Shown one piece after another: positions 1 through 13,100 of a stretch of 64,000 bases of DNA. Numbering within the stretch: position 1 is the first letter of the stretch; every line of letters begins with the position of its first letter. The translations under genes were made by a program, and so were the position numbers. The DNA lies in assembly GCF_000002075.1 (NCBI RefSeq), contig NW_004797359.1, positions 388,347-452,346 on the forward strand, read 5' to 3'. Below the pieces are notes generated by a model, which was given only the letters and a program-made list of their open reading frames with translations, ran no database searches and was not told the DNA's origin. The DNA comes from Aplysia californica (lineage: Eukaryota).

Positions 1-2528
1 TCGCCATACGAGAAAGCTGTGACTAAAGTGAATGTTTTTTATCGATAATGATAGGGACATGCTCGCGCAAGATTCATTTTTTGTTCTTTGAAGTGTACTG
101 CAGGAAAATTTGGAAATGCTTTATGAGCATCACCATGTTCAGGCTCTGGTGATTGTTGCCTCTTCAATGCAGGTCTATGTGTTTCTTGGTCCATGAGTGA
201 TTTGATCATTTCTTTGTCTTTGAAAAAATGTTGACAGGTATCATGGTGCAGCGCATTTCTAACTTCAAAAGAAAGCTTGTGGCTATTCACATAAATGCAC
301 ATGTGTCTCTGTTAAGTTGATTGCAGTGTGCGGTGTATATATGCAAATAAGTGTGTATTCATCCATGGTCAGAGCCACACCCTTGTCTACTCTATCTCAA
401 GAGATCGGCGACTCTACACCATGGATGATTACGAAGCCACATCAGTGGGGGGCTGTTCATTCTGGAAGCGACTTCAATGAGTTTGATGAGTTTGCTCATT
501 TAAATGTTCTTTCAATACAAGGAATTTACTGATTTTAATGAGTGAAAAAAAAATGGGGAATCATTTTCTTTTTGTTGAGTCCGGGTTTGTTTTATCCGAG
601 TTCCACTGTATTCTTTGATGCATGTTGTGCTTTACTACCATTATTGTATTAATGAGTATTTGAAATGTAGCTCGTGAATTAGTCTTAAGACATTCTTTTT
701 TTGTTTGCACTTTTGTATGAGTTGCAGAGATGTACAGCATGTTTATTTTCTTTTCCTTTTATATTGTAATTGTTTTAGGACTGGGAAGCAGTTACTTCAG
801 CTGGTACGCCAATTGACCACAGTCTAACTACCTATATTCAGTTCCCTCTGGTTTCTGAACCAAGGATATTTTACAAGAGTCATGGATAACATGAAAACAA
901 AAAAACTTTCTATTTCTCCAGTTATAGCTAGATCTATACGTTATACAGTGAGTCCCCTTATACTGAACACATATATTTCGGAAACAGCGGTAAACCAAAA
1001 GTAAATAGTAAAGATTTTTTCCTTTCTATTTGAACAACCTCGTCATACTGAAGAAAATCTGGCAGGTCTGCAGGTTTTGGTTTTTAATGGACCCCACAGT
1101 ATGTTGATCTTGTAGTCCTGACAATTCAGAAGCTTAGTGTGGAAGTGGTGTAATTAGGCACTTACTGTATTCATTTACTGGGTTTGTAGTAGGCATTGCT
1201 GCATGCTGTCATTAGTTTGTGAAAGGAATTTGTATTATTTTGTCTTATGAGTACTGGTAGCTCAGTTCCTTTGAATGTTTATGTTCTTGTATGTGATGTA
1301 GCCCCTGCCCTTTCTTCTTGGCTACAATTTTTATGTCTTTAATTTCAAGTCTTCTCCCTTCACATCACATGATTTGTGTATTTTAATGTGGAATTTTTAA
1401 ATTTTAGAAACTGCCTCGTGCATCGGGGAAAATAATGATTTTGCACTTAAGATTATTTTTTTTTAAGTTTGTTCTTTCATTGTGTCTTTGATGTTATTCT
1501 TTTCCTATTTCTGTTGTGTCTGTGCCTGTATCTGTTTTATCTTTTTTTGTTTTTGCTCCCTTTTTTTGCTATTTTTTTTTTTTTTTCATTTCTGTATAAG
1601 TTCAGTTGAATGTTTTTGGATTTTCCATGGTGGAAAGAAGGTATGCTGCACTACAGCACTATGGTTATAGCTGTGGCTCAGGCAATTGATGACTATCATA
1701 TGGTGAAATCAGGGCCCACAAATTATTTCTTTACCTACCTACTTTTTCTACGGCACATACTGCTTAATTTTAGACACATTCTCAATGTTCTGACACAACC
1801 ATGAAAATATTGTTGTTTTCCCTTATGTCTAATATTTTCTTAGCCGTTTTTACATGCATGTTTTAGTCTTATTTTGGCGCATTCACTGTCCTCAGCATGG
1901 TATAAGATTTGGAAGTGCTTTGTGCTTTGCCTTCTCAGATCTTTGTTATGCTCTGAATGCTCTCTGTGCATAGACAGTTAACAACCCAAGTTGAACTGGA
2001 AAGAAGTATTCAGCAAAAATAGATACATAGCTTCATTCATTTTGCAAGTACAAAAATGTCCATTGGTCTACTGGGTTTTTTTCCTAGTGTGTATCAGGTT
2101 CCGCAGTTTTAGTCCTTATAAATTTAATTTCTCTCCTGACACAACAGCGAGCTGATAACTTTAGCTACTGCCCTTAATTCCGATGAGTAATTCTGCTTGA
2201 CCCAGTTACAGTTTAAAAAAAATAACCTACTCATAGCACAAACATCTTTATCCAGACCCAGACGTTTCGGGTAAGCAGGTGGTTCTTTACTGGGGTTTTT
2301 TAGGTTGGAAAATTGAACACTTCAGGCATTCCAGCCAAATCTGTCTTTAGAAGATGAACCAACTGGCATAACAAAACCACTAATTTTATGTTTGATTCAA
2401 CCTTTTAGTAATTGAATTTGCAAATGGTCTATTCAAAATGTTTCAGTCAGAATCTTGTTGCCATTAACTGCTGCTATTAGAAGTTCTTCTGTTGACACTT
2501 TCTTAAAACCCTTTTATGTACTTAAAAA

Positions 2529-2905
2529 TGTCTTTAGGCCAGTCCCAAAGGGGGGGACATTTCTCGTTCATGCACAGTAGAATTGTAAATGGGCTGATTC
2601 ATCAATGTCATGCTCATAACTGTGCCTGATCTACAACAGGGAACTGCTGCTTTTTCTTTCCTAATCCTTACTATTGTCATTTTTCCTCTTCTTCTTTTGT
2701 ATGTTTGTCACACGCTTGTGACCCACTATTTCCAGGGTGCCTTAATAGTCGAAGCAGACTTTGTGCTGTTGAAGCTAGAGAGGTGAGCAGAGTAAGTCTG
2801 ATTCCCTGCAAGGACTTTTCTGTTGACATCCACACCTTGGCACTCATATAACCTTATGCAGTTGCGAGCGCCGTGAAACCTGTACTAAAACTAAAAAACT
2901 GAACT
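2529..2905 (+). mobile_element. Short retroposon family A (about 370 bp, LINE-shared tail)
   Basis: Homologous to 42740-43142 and 63510-63896; tail ACCTTATGCAGTTGCGAGCGCCGTGAAAC plus CTAAAA; possible TSD ACTTAAAAA. Confidence 0.85.
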
Positions 2906-5900
2906 TAAAAAGGTATTGCAGGTTGCTTTGTTTGGGTTTTTTCCCAACCACAAAAAGATAAAGTTCATTTTCTTTCTGTCCTTCTCTTTTTCTCAAGCTA
3001 AATAAAATGATTGTAGTGCCATTGGTAGTGGAAACTTCCTCTGTTATTTGTTTCTGACTGACATTCCATGTCAACAGCCAAGCTCTGAACAGGTGAAGAA
3101 TACATCGAGTGATTTTGTGTATACTTTTGAAAAGATTGTGAGAAGTGTATAGGGAAAATTATACTGATTTTCTTGCATTTGTGTTGTGACTGATGCTATG
3201 TGTGGTTGTGTTACTTTTTTTGGTAACTGTGAGCATAACATAAAAGTTTTACTAGAATTATATTGTAAATCACAAAAATTATTCTTCTGCCTTCTGTACT
3301 TATAGCATTCCATAACGATATTTAGTAAATATGAAATTTTTATATTGGTTGTGACATTGCTGAGTGGCAAGAATTCCTATAATACTGGTAGATTTTTACT
3401 GTGCATGCCTTGAGTCATATCAAAAGTTACATTTTTTGTGGAATCAGCATTATTCCAGATTTTTCAATAAACTTATATTAAGAATTTATAATTTCCTGCC
3501 TGCTTACTTGTTTATTCTTTTGCTTCAGTATCAGAGTGTTGGTGGACTGCAGTGCATATGGCCTTGGTTCCGGCCTCTGTCAATACATACATATAAAAAT
3601 GGTTGTTTATGAAGGGAGTCTTCATGGCTTCTCACTCTCTAGTAGAGATGGGTCTCCTGTAACCTCATATCAAACCATGCTTATGATGGGCAAGTTTTGA
3701 TCTAGAATATATTTTTGTAGTCAAGGCTTAGAGTTATATCTTATTTTTTTATTTATTGGGTGGGGGTAATAGCTCTGAGCCATTGTTAGTGAACTTTTCA
3801 AACACAGTTGAAAGTGACTAGCACATTGAAGGATGTTGTCCTTTCCATGAAGCTGGTCATCTGATCTTTTCAATGATTGAGGTGACTATAATGTTACAAA
3901 ATAAGCCAGTGTGGAAAAGGTGAGTGCTGATTTATGGTTTGATGGTAAGATGTTTGCATGCCTTGTAAGTGTACGATGTACCTATCATCAAGGTCAGTCT
4001 CTCTCTCTCTTCATTTACACTATTTGATGATCATAACCTTTTATCCTTTGACACTAGATCTGTTGTATAATCCCATCATACAGCTTGAGACAATCTTGAT
4101 ATGGTCAGCTGAACGGTTAGGATGTGTCCTGTAAGTGTAATGAGAATGCCATGCTATCTATTTTATATCTCTTTGTTTCCTAATAGCAACATGTTGCCCG
4201 CATTCATATTACTGGGATTGAAGAACAGGAAACAGTTTAAAATGCTGGTAGTGACATGGCATGGAAGATTTCAAATTATTTTTGCAGAAGAAATAGGACA
4301 GTTCATCCATTTGTACTGTCTGTCATACCTTTGATTCTCATGGACACATGGACGCTTGATGGGTGTTTTTGTGTGATCAGCTTTTATTTCTTTTCCCGAT
4401 GTTACTACTGTCCTTCGTTTCTGGGATGTATAATTGTATTTCTGCCGTCTTGCCTTCAGAAAATCTTTTATCAGATTTGGTTTATACAATCTTGAAACTG
4501 TTACTGGGATCATAATGATATTTCATTCTCACCTTTGCTTTTTAAATAATATTAATATGATTTCTTTCCTTTCATTATGCTGACTGACAGTTCTTACGTT
4601 TGAGTTTCTCCCTCTTGGGTCATCTTCTATGTTGCATGTTCTTGTCTCTGTGTGCATGGTTCTTGTAATGAAGACATGTTAGAATTTAGTACCTTAGCAC
4701 ATTACGGCCTGATTGTTGGTCCTCTTGTCAAATCAGAGGATACCAAAAAAAAACTTATTTCAAGTTTCTTTTTTGTAGGAGTAGGGCTAGTAGGAGCAAA
4801 TAACTTGATGGTGGATGGATGCCTGCATCTTCCCCAGTTCCACTGTGTTTGTTGTATGCCCATTCTGTTGAGCCTTTCAATCTTTTCAGGCCATCGTCTG
4901 GTGTATTGGTTAGGCCCCTTGCATTTGAGTTCAATTCCTGAGTGAGCCAGTCTATTTTATTGAGCAGGCTATCACTTTCTTTTACCTGGGATGTATCCAT
5001 CTCAGCCCACATTGGTCCTGACAGGCAGGGGTGAAGCAGCCCACCCCTTAAATAATCTTATTGTTGTAGATAAGGGTATAAAACATTTACAATTAATTTC
5101 TCTTTTCAGGCCATAACTAGTAGTTAGAGGGTTTCACTGGCAGGTCCTTCATCTTTACCATACTTTTGTTGTTTTTGTATGTCTCTGGCTGTGCCCAAAA
5201 GACTTGAGTTCTATTCCCACACAGGAAACATAATTACTTTTGAATTTCTGGTTTTCCTCGGGGATTTAGTGTTAGTATCAATAGTATCATGCACAGCTGA
5301 GCTTATCAGCATCACATGGCATCAAATCAGCTTGCCTAGCAAATTATCTAAATTGTGTTGATGGGCTTGTACAATACTTACATTAAATTCAGGAACTGAA
5401 GACAGTGTCGGTGATGTCTTGAGCATCATCGGCAGCTTTATTCCACAATTGCTCAAATCATTTCTAGAGGTTTCCAGAGAAAACCATAATTTTAAATAAA
5501 GATTTAAAGGGCATCTTACAGTATGGATTCATTTTGTTTTGTAGTTGCCTTCCAAGTTTTTATTTGAAAAAATAACGAGGGTCAAAGTCATGTTTTTGAT
5601 TTGGGAGTAGTTTTATTTTCTTTGATTTTCTCAAAACTGCCTAAAGTGGCTTGCGCGCTTGAAGAATGATGGTGAAAATATCCTGGGATGTGCATATGCA
5701 CAGATACTTAGTCCAAAGTATGTCAGAAGGTGCTGATTGCAGTGATTTCCAGGAAATAATTGATATTGTGCTCTCTGTTAACACAGTCTCGCTCCTCTTT
5801 AGGTGCTGCATTTTAGCCTTTTGTAGTGATGTCAATCTTTTTTCATCTTGAAATTTGTCTTGACTTCCCTCTTCCAGTTGGCTGGGTGGTTGGAGGGCAC

Positions 5901-6875
5901 TACTGGGTAGGTCCTTCTTCTTTTCTGTTGATCTGTCGTTTGTCTATCTGTTTTGCTTCTTTCTTGCGCTATAGGACCCTTGTGTCGATGTGCTGCTCTT
6001 CACTCAAACTTTTCAATTGGTAAAGATCTACTGTTTGTTCCCAGGTTCTAATGTTGATATCTGTTGAAGTCATGTCCTTCTTACAAGCATGTTTGTAGAG
6101 ATCACCTTTTAGTATTCATTTCACTTTCCTTCTCTATGTCTTCATAGATGAAGACTTTATATTTTATCATCGTCATTCATAGAATGAAGGTGTCCCAACC
6201 TTATGAGTCCTTCATTTTGAGAAATGAAAATACCATTAAAATGTTCTGTCTTTTCAGTTCTGGTACTTTGTGTTTGTAATCTTGTTGGCCTTGTTATTCC
6301 ATAATAATTTGAGGCATCTCAAGTGAAAGCTGCTGAGCTTTTACTCCACTTTTGATTCAAAAATCATTTTCTTCAAGTCTCACTCAAGTACAGCAGTGTG
6401 CACTGTGCCACTATTGTTGAATAAAGATTAGAGTATGGAGCAGCTGGTGCCAACTTTTTACCCCACTATTTATTTTGAGTGTATGGTTGGTCAACATTTG
6501 GATGTGGCTGACTTTTGTTTCTTTTCTGTGCAGCTATCATCCCCTGAAGTTCAACTAATGCTGCTGTCTAGCTGACAGGCCATACCCGTCAACTTAACTA
6601 CAATCCATATGAGTCAAAACAAGTTTTCTGTGACTTATTGGTATAATTTTACTTTCAGGCACTGAGTTTTTGCCCTGATTCTCCACCGTTTTACTCTTTC
6701 AGGCACTGAGTTCATCACCTGGTGTTATGCAATTTATTCGTTCTTGTTGATTGTCCCAAATTTCCGTGTATAACCCTTGTTTCAATAAACTTCCTGATGT
6801 TCAAATCAGGAAAGAAGTTTATGGTAGACAATAGATTATGTAGTCTACATGGATTTTGCTTTCTGTTACCTGCAG

Positions 6876-7108
6876 GAAGAAGAAGAGAAAGAAGAGGAAG
6901 AGGATCAAGAAAATGAAAACTTGTCAGACGAGGATGAAAAAGCATCCACGTCATCCAAGACGAGTGTTGAAGATGTGAACTTCTACTTTCTGCCCTCGAG
7001 TCGAGGTTGTCAGTTGCTTGTGATAGAGGACTGCCTGCTGTACCAGAATGCAGTGAGGTCGTCAGGAAGATCCTACTGGAAGTGCCAGAAGGAAGGCTGT
7101 TTCTTCAG
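6876..7108 (+). CDS. FLYWCH gene exon: acidic stretch plus first half of finger 1
   Basis: tgcag|GAA...TTCAG|gtaatg; EEEEKEEE...[43 protein letters not shown]. Confidence 0.88.
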
Positions 7109-10073
7109 GTAATGGCCCACAGTAGTACATGTGACATGTGTTATGATTGTTTGAAAACAGCTGTATTGTGTATATCTCGTGTGTTTTTCCTACCAAAGAA
7201 AAAAAAGCAGTATTAACTCTTTGCCAATTCATATAAATGTCATGACGCTGTGGAATCAGGTGTTCGTCAGTTTTTGGACATATAGAGTTATTAATACTGT
7301 CTTAAAGTTTGTTTACTTGTCCTGCTTTTGGCGAAAAAAATCCCAATCTATCTTGAATTCGAGATATTTGCGTCGTTGCGTCATTTGCGTCCGATTCTTA
7401 GAAAAAATATTAAAAGTTCTGCAATCTCTTTTGCTTGGAAGCACCGATTGGACTTTTTATCGGCAGGAACTTGGAATGCTACTTTTTAAAGCATCTATGC
7501 CGAATCTAGTAGATGACTCACGCACGTTATTTTAACTAAAACCAACGTAGTATCGATTTTGAATTCCGACATGGATACGCTCAAGATGTACTTTCGCTTT
7601 TATAACACAGAATTCTCCGACTGTGTCCTGATTACTGTAACAATTATGTCATGGGCCTAAGAATAATCTATTTGTTGTTCTGCCGTTGGTTTAAAAGCAA
7701 GCTTCGTTTGAGTTCTGGCTAGTCGGGCCCATCAGCATGAGCAAGACCTGTCAGTGGAACTTTCAAACGCTCATTCGCAACCCGTGACATGACCTCGTAC
7801 GTGTGAATAGCGCGTGTGTCGGGGACCGTCGGCTGTCGGGGTCAGCAAAGTTCATTCACGCCGGTCGCATTGGTCGGGGTGTTTTTCGAGACTTCACCAG
7901 GACGACCGGGGGGAGCGGGTGGGGGTATTGTTTTGACACTTGGGCTTAAAGTGCGTGCCGTGATACAAGTAGAACCTACTAAGTGAGGATAAAGGAATAA
8001 GAAAAAAGAAATAAATGAACAACCTTGGCGCAATCTTTTTTTTCGGGGGGGGGGGGTGCCTTGAGTGTATATGCGATGGAAGTCAAACGTTGTTACTGTA
8101 TGAAAACACGGGCTTTTTGCATGGATGATTAGAGTTATGTGTCAGCTATTTTCAAGACTACAAGAGTTTCAGCTTTACTGCAACCTGCGCTCCCCCACTC
8201 TATCCCACTCCGACTCGAGTAATGTTGTCTTTCAGTTTTCCCTCTATTTAGTGGCCCAAACGTGAACTTATTCCTGCAAAAAGTTTTTTCTTGCATTTTT
8301 TCCTCATAAAAGGGAACCAGGATCCCCCTTCCCCTGTACCCCTTATGACTGATTTGCCGTTGATCCTGATTTTTTTCACCTGATCCTGATTTTTTAACTC
8401 TAAAATCCTGATTTTTAGATTCATAGAGTGGCAGGTCTGTATTATGCCTTCCTTTTGTCTCGCACCATCTTCTTGTGCTTATTTTTTCTCTTCATTAGAT
8501 TTTTTTACATGTTTACTTTATTTGAAAAGTCAGCTTGGGAATCTGGCGTTTCCTGGCGCCCGGTCCAACTTTTCACATTTTTGCAACACATTGGTATGAC
8601 AGAACAAAAGATGCTCCTCTGTTATAGAAAGAGTTATGTTGGAAAAACAGAAAACCAGCATTGAACTGAACCTTATAAAGGCAAATTGGGGCAGCTCTAT
8701 GGATTCACTTCTTACTTAATACTATATTTTTCTCTCTTGTTATGTCGGTAAAGGGAAACAAAAGTAATGCGGTAATTTATAAGATTAGATAACATTTATT
8801 GATCTACCATTGGAAAAAACAACTGATGATGCCCTCACCAGCTACTACGACACAAAGTGTACATATTATATANNNNNNNNNNNNNNNNNNNNNNNNNNNN
8901 NNNNNNNNNNNNNNNNNNNNNNNNNNNNNNNNNNNNNNNNNNNNNNNNNNNNNNNNNNNNNNNNNNNNNNNNNNNNNNNNNNNNNNNNNNNNNNNNNNNN
9001 NNNNNNNNNNNNNNNNNNNNNNNNNNNNNNNNNCAGTATTCATCACAATTTGTTTTCACCTTCAGGGCGGTGTACGATTCCCCGAGGAATTCTGTGATCA
9101 AGACGACAGGCCTGCACAACCACCCGCCAGATGTGGACCTTATGATGAAGAGACAGTTTATTCAGAATGTCAAGCACAGGATACTGGAGAACCCCCACGT
9201 CCCAGCCAAAAAAATCTATGACGAGGAGGTGGAGAAGGTGAAACAAGAGGTAAATAGAAGGGTAAATGTTGTTCACCTAGCTGGGTTTTTTTTTTTCATG
9301 TTGCATATTCCCCTCATGTGGGACACAGCTGCCTGGAGCTAGAGAAGATCGTCTAGTACAGAGACAGGCTGAGAGCTCTTCTTGGCATCTTGTACCTAAT
9401 ATTAGGGTGAAAGAGGTGAATGATGGTATTCCTTTTAGAAAGTAGCCTCCTTGATTGTTCTTTGAAAGCATTTCTGCCCACTGCACAAAGCCGCCACCCC
9501 TGGTGACAGTGTCTCATTGTCTTCAGTTGTTAGTGATGTCCTAATTCCCATCTTCTTTTTAAGGGCATTCTGTGTTAGTAATTGTTCCTTAAAACATGTC
9601 TTTTTTTTTCCAAACTTTTGTGTATTCTTATGAGGCCTAAGTATTTTTGTTGTTGTTGTTCTGAATGTATCAAGGTGTCAGTTTACTTTTAGCTGGTCAG
9701 TGTTGTTCTTTGTCTGGTCAACATAGCTGGCCAATATCTCATATTGATGTGAGTTGTACCATTGTAGTTCACGGCAAGTTGGAGCAATAACGACTCTGGA
9801 TCACTAGAACCATCTCCTGAGTTCTCTGGCTTGGTCCATGGGTTGCTGACTGTTTGTTCTTCCTACTACTAGGAAAATTTTTTTTTTTCAGTCATAGTTA
9901 TAGTAGTAGTAGGAGGAGCTGTAGTTGTACTCACTGTACCTTTTGACAAAAGTTTAGTACAGTTTTTATGTCCCTCACCACACCAAATTGTGCTCAGTTG
10001 ATTTTCTTCATTTTTTTTCCTTTTTGTCTTTTGCTCTTTTTTTTTGACGACTCCCCCCCCACACACACATGCG

Positions 10074-10134
<61 letters not shown>

Positions 10135-13100
10135 CTTCTTTTTTTTTTATGCCTTTAGGTCTCTCCAGCAGATTTTTTTCTTCTGATTTGAATTGTATTC
10201 ACTGTTTTCTCTGCCTGTACCATTTTTTGGTGCTCTTTGAACCTTTATGTCTTAATGACAGACCAGTCTGCCACCATTTGAAAATGAACTGGACAAACTC
10301 TGAGGTAAACATGAATAATAAAAAAAAAAGTAATTGTTTATGTCCCTTAGAATTAGAGGGCAAATATTTATTCTTTATTCCTGCTGGTGGATGAACAATC
10401 ACAACAAGAACAACAACAACCTCATGCTCACAGAATTTTTCTCCTGTCCTCTCTGCACAGGGTGATCTTCTGGGTGTGACTCGAAAAGTACCAGGCTATA
10501 GTTGTATCAAGCACTATGTCTACCGCATGAGGAAGACCATGTCTGTCTCTGAGGATGCTGAGGAGGATGAAGAAGAAGAGATTGGAAAGGGAGAGGTAGA
10601 ATGTTTGTTCCCTTTGTGAAACAAAATGTGAAATGGTATAGGTTTCACGTTCCTATCAACACCATTACTATTAGATTACATAATGTGTGTGACCTCTGAG
10701 TTCAATATTATCTCTGAAAGGACTGAGCCAAATAGAAAATTCATGTAAAGTGTCTTTCCCAAGGTCACATCGGACCAAACTGAGATTCGAACCCCAGAAC
10801 CCGCAATCTCACGATTATGGGTCTGTTAACATAATCACTAGGCTACCAATGTAGGCTACCAATGCCGCCGTTCCCTCTGTTGGCATAGTAATTTTAGTTC
10901 CAGCTTAAAAAAAGAAAGAAAAGAAATCCTACTCTTTGTCCTTTTCGGAAATTTGTTTCACTGGGTCATGTGCAGCTGTATTCAGATCTGTCAATATCAT
11001 GTTGGGAGGAATTCCATAACGAGTGACCACTATGAAACAGAGTAGGATAGAGGGTTTAGGGTAAGAGTAGGGGTTGGGGGTAGGGTTAGGTCTTTTTTAA
11101 ATTGTATTTGTTAAAGTAGTCGCTCGTTACGAAAGTCCTTCCATCATATTAATGTTATGCTTATATATCAAGTAAACAGACTTATCTCTGCAAACACACA
11201 TTGCTCGTCATAGTATCTTGTATTACAGAACCTGATCAATTCATGTCAGTTTGGTTAATGGAAAGATTCAATAGGTCTGAGTATATCTTTGGAAGTTGAG
11301 ATAGGGGTGTGACCACTCTAAATGCTTCCTGATGTACACATCTTTAAGAAAAAAAATGTATAGTGAATAACTCTGTTAAGCCAATTTGTGAATGTTTGTC
11401 TGTACGAGTGGTTAATATGACAGGGTTGTTTATTTCTATTAGTTTTAAAGAGCACTTTACTCTGCTCAACTTTGAAAAAATTGTTGTTTTCTTTTGGTCT
11501 TGTACCATTTAGCATTTCAGCAATGTCATGTATATCAATCACCTGAAACAGTTTGACTAATTTGTAAAACAATGTTTAGAGGGACAGTGAAAAGAGTACA
11601 TTGATCTAACACAGGAGAAAAGGCGAGAAATCACGGAGCTGGATAGAGTATTCCTTGAGGAGTCTGCCCCGTCGTCACAGCAGGAAGAGAGCTGTATGAA
11701 CATGTCGATCATCACGCCAACGCCCATCAGGTCCAGCAAGTTCCCAGAGCTCAGCTTTTATTTTATCCCGTCCAAGCAAGGTACTGTTCCATAATTAATC
11801 ACCCTTATTTGAAACTGGGCCTTTTAGAGCAATATACAAGATTCATAAATGTTTCTTTTAATATTTTGTGTCTTTTTTTGTTGAAATTATAAATTATTTC
11901 TAGTCTCCAGAAGTCTCTTTTGGCATTTAATCTATGTAAGCTATTTATGTCTTTTTGTTGATCTAAAAATATTTTGTATTGCCTGACTTTTTACAAGCCA
12001 TGCTTGGGGAATTGAATCAAATTATTTCTCTGGCATCTGTCCTGTTGCAGTTAACATCATGTTGTAATATACATAAATTTGATCAGTTTCTGGGCATTGC
12101 TCCTCAAATAGTAGTTTTATTATCAAAATAGTGTTTATAACTAGTATCAGTGGTGTCTTCATCCTCGTAATGTAACTTACTTTTAAATCTGCTGTTTTAT
12201 CATCACCAAAAAAGTATTTCTCAAAGAATCGTCATCAAATTGTGACACCTCAATTGCTAAAATATTTGTACTGATGGGCATGAGCAAAAGAAAAACACTT
12301 TTTCCAACATATAAAAAATCGTCATTTGATATTGCTATATTTTCTCAACTAAGGTAATTATAGCCCAGTTTCTCTGAATCTCCTTCTGTTACTTATTGTA
12401 CTTGTTTATCATATCTGCAGTGGACTTTCTACATTCTTAAATACAAAGAAAGGTAAATTACTGTATTTTTACGTACTTTTGTGCCTCTCAGGTAAAAGGA
12501 TCTTTGTGGTGAATGACTTCACATTGCGCCTGAATGCTCAGAAGACCGGAGGCCGCTTTTATTGGAAGTGCACTGTCGATCCATGCTTGTATCGCTGCGT
12601 GTATAACGATGTCTTAAATGACATTGTCAAGGTAAGATCCTGTTGAATATGCTCTATTCGAAAATATGTGTACATCTTTTTTTGTTTTTGCTTTTGATTG
12701 GCAGCAGTGTTTACTTATGAATTTTGCATAATTACTTGTTGGTTGTTCTCAGTGCTTTTGAGTAAAAAATGTCAATTCTTTCCCTCTGTCTGTGAAGCTA
12801 TATCATAGGTTGTATCTTATTCTGACTCTCTTGTTATGTTGATCACAGATAGTTTACATTTGCAGAGGAAAGTACAAGTGAGGGGGGGGGGGAACCCTTG
12901 GGGGGCTCTCGCGGCCTAGAGGTTAAGGTGTTGGCTTCTCATTCAAAGGTCCAGGGTGCAAATCTGGGTAGTGACCGAAAATTTTCTTCTCTAAAATTGT
13001 CTCTTTTCACTTCCTTTCCTGCTTTTGTCTCCTCTTTCTGCCCCCAGCCCCTCACCTCCTTTGCCCCCTCCTCTGGGCTCCTGGCTGTTTCTGCAGCTTT

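Noticed and set aside
2257-2294. Possible Penelope-type minimal hammerhead ribozyme on - strand (CCCA-GTAAAGA...CGAAAC-GTC-TGGG)
   Set aside because: The CUGANGA core has two mismatches and stem II cannot pair; at most a dead relic.
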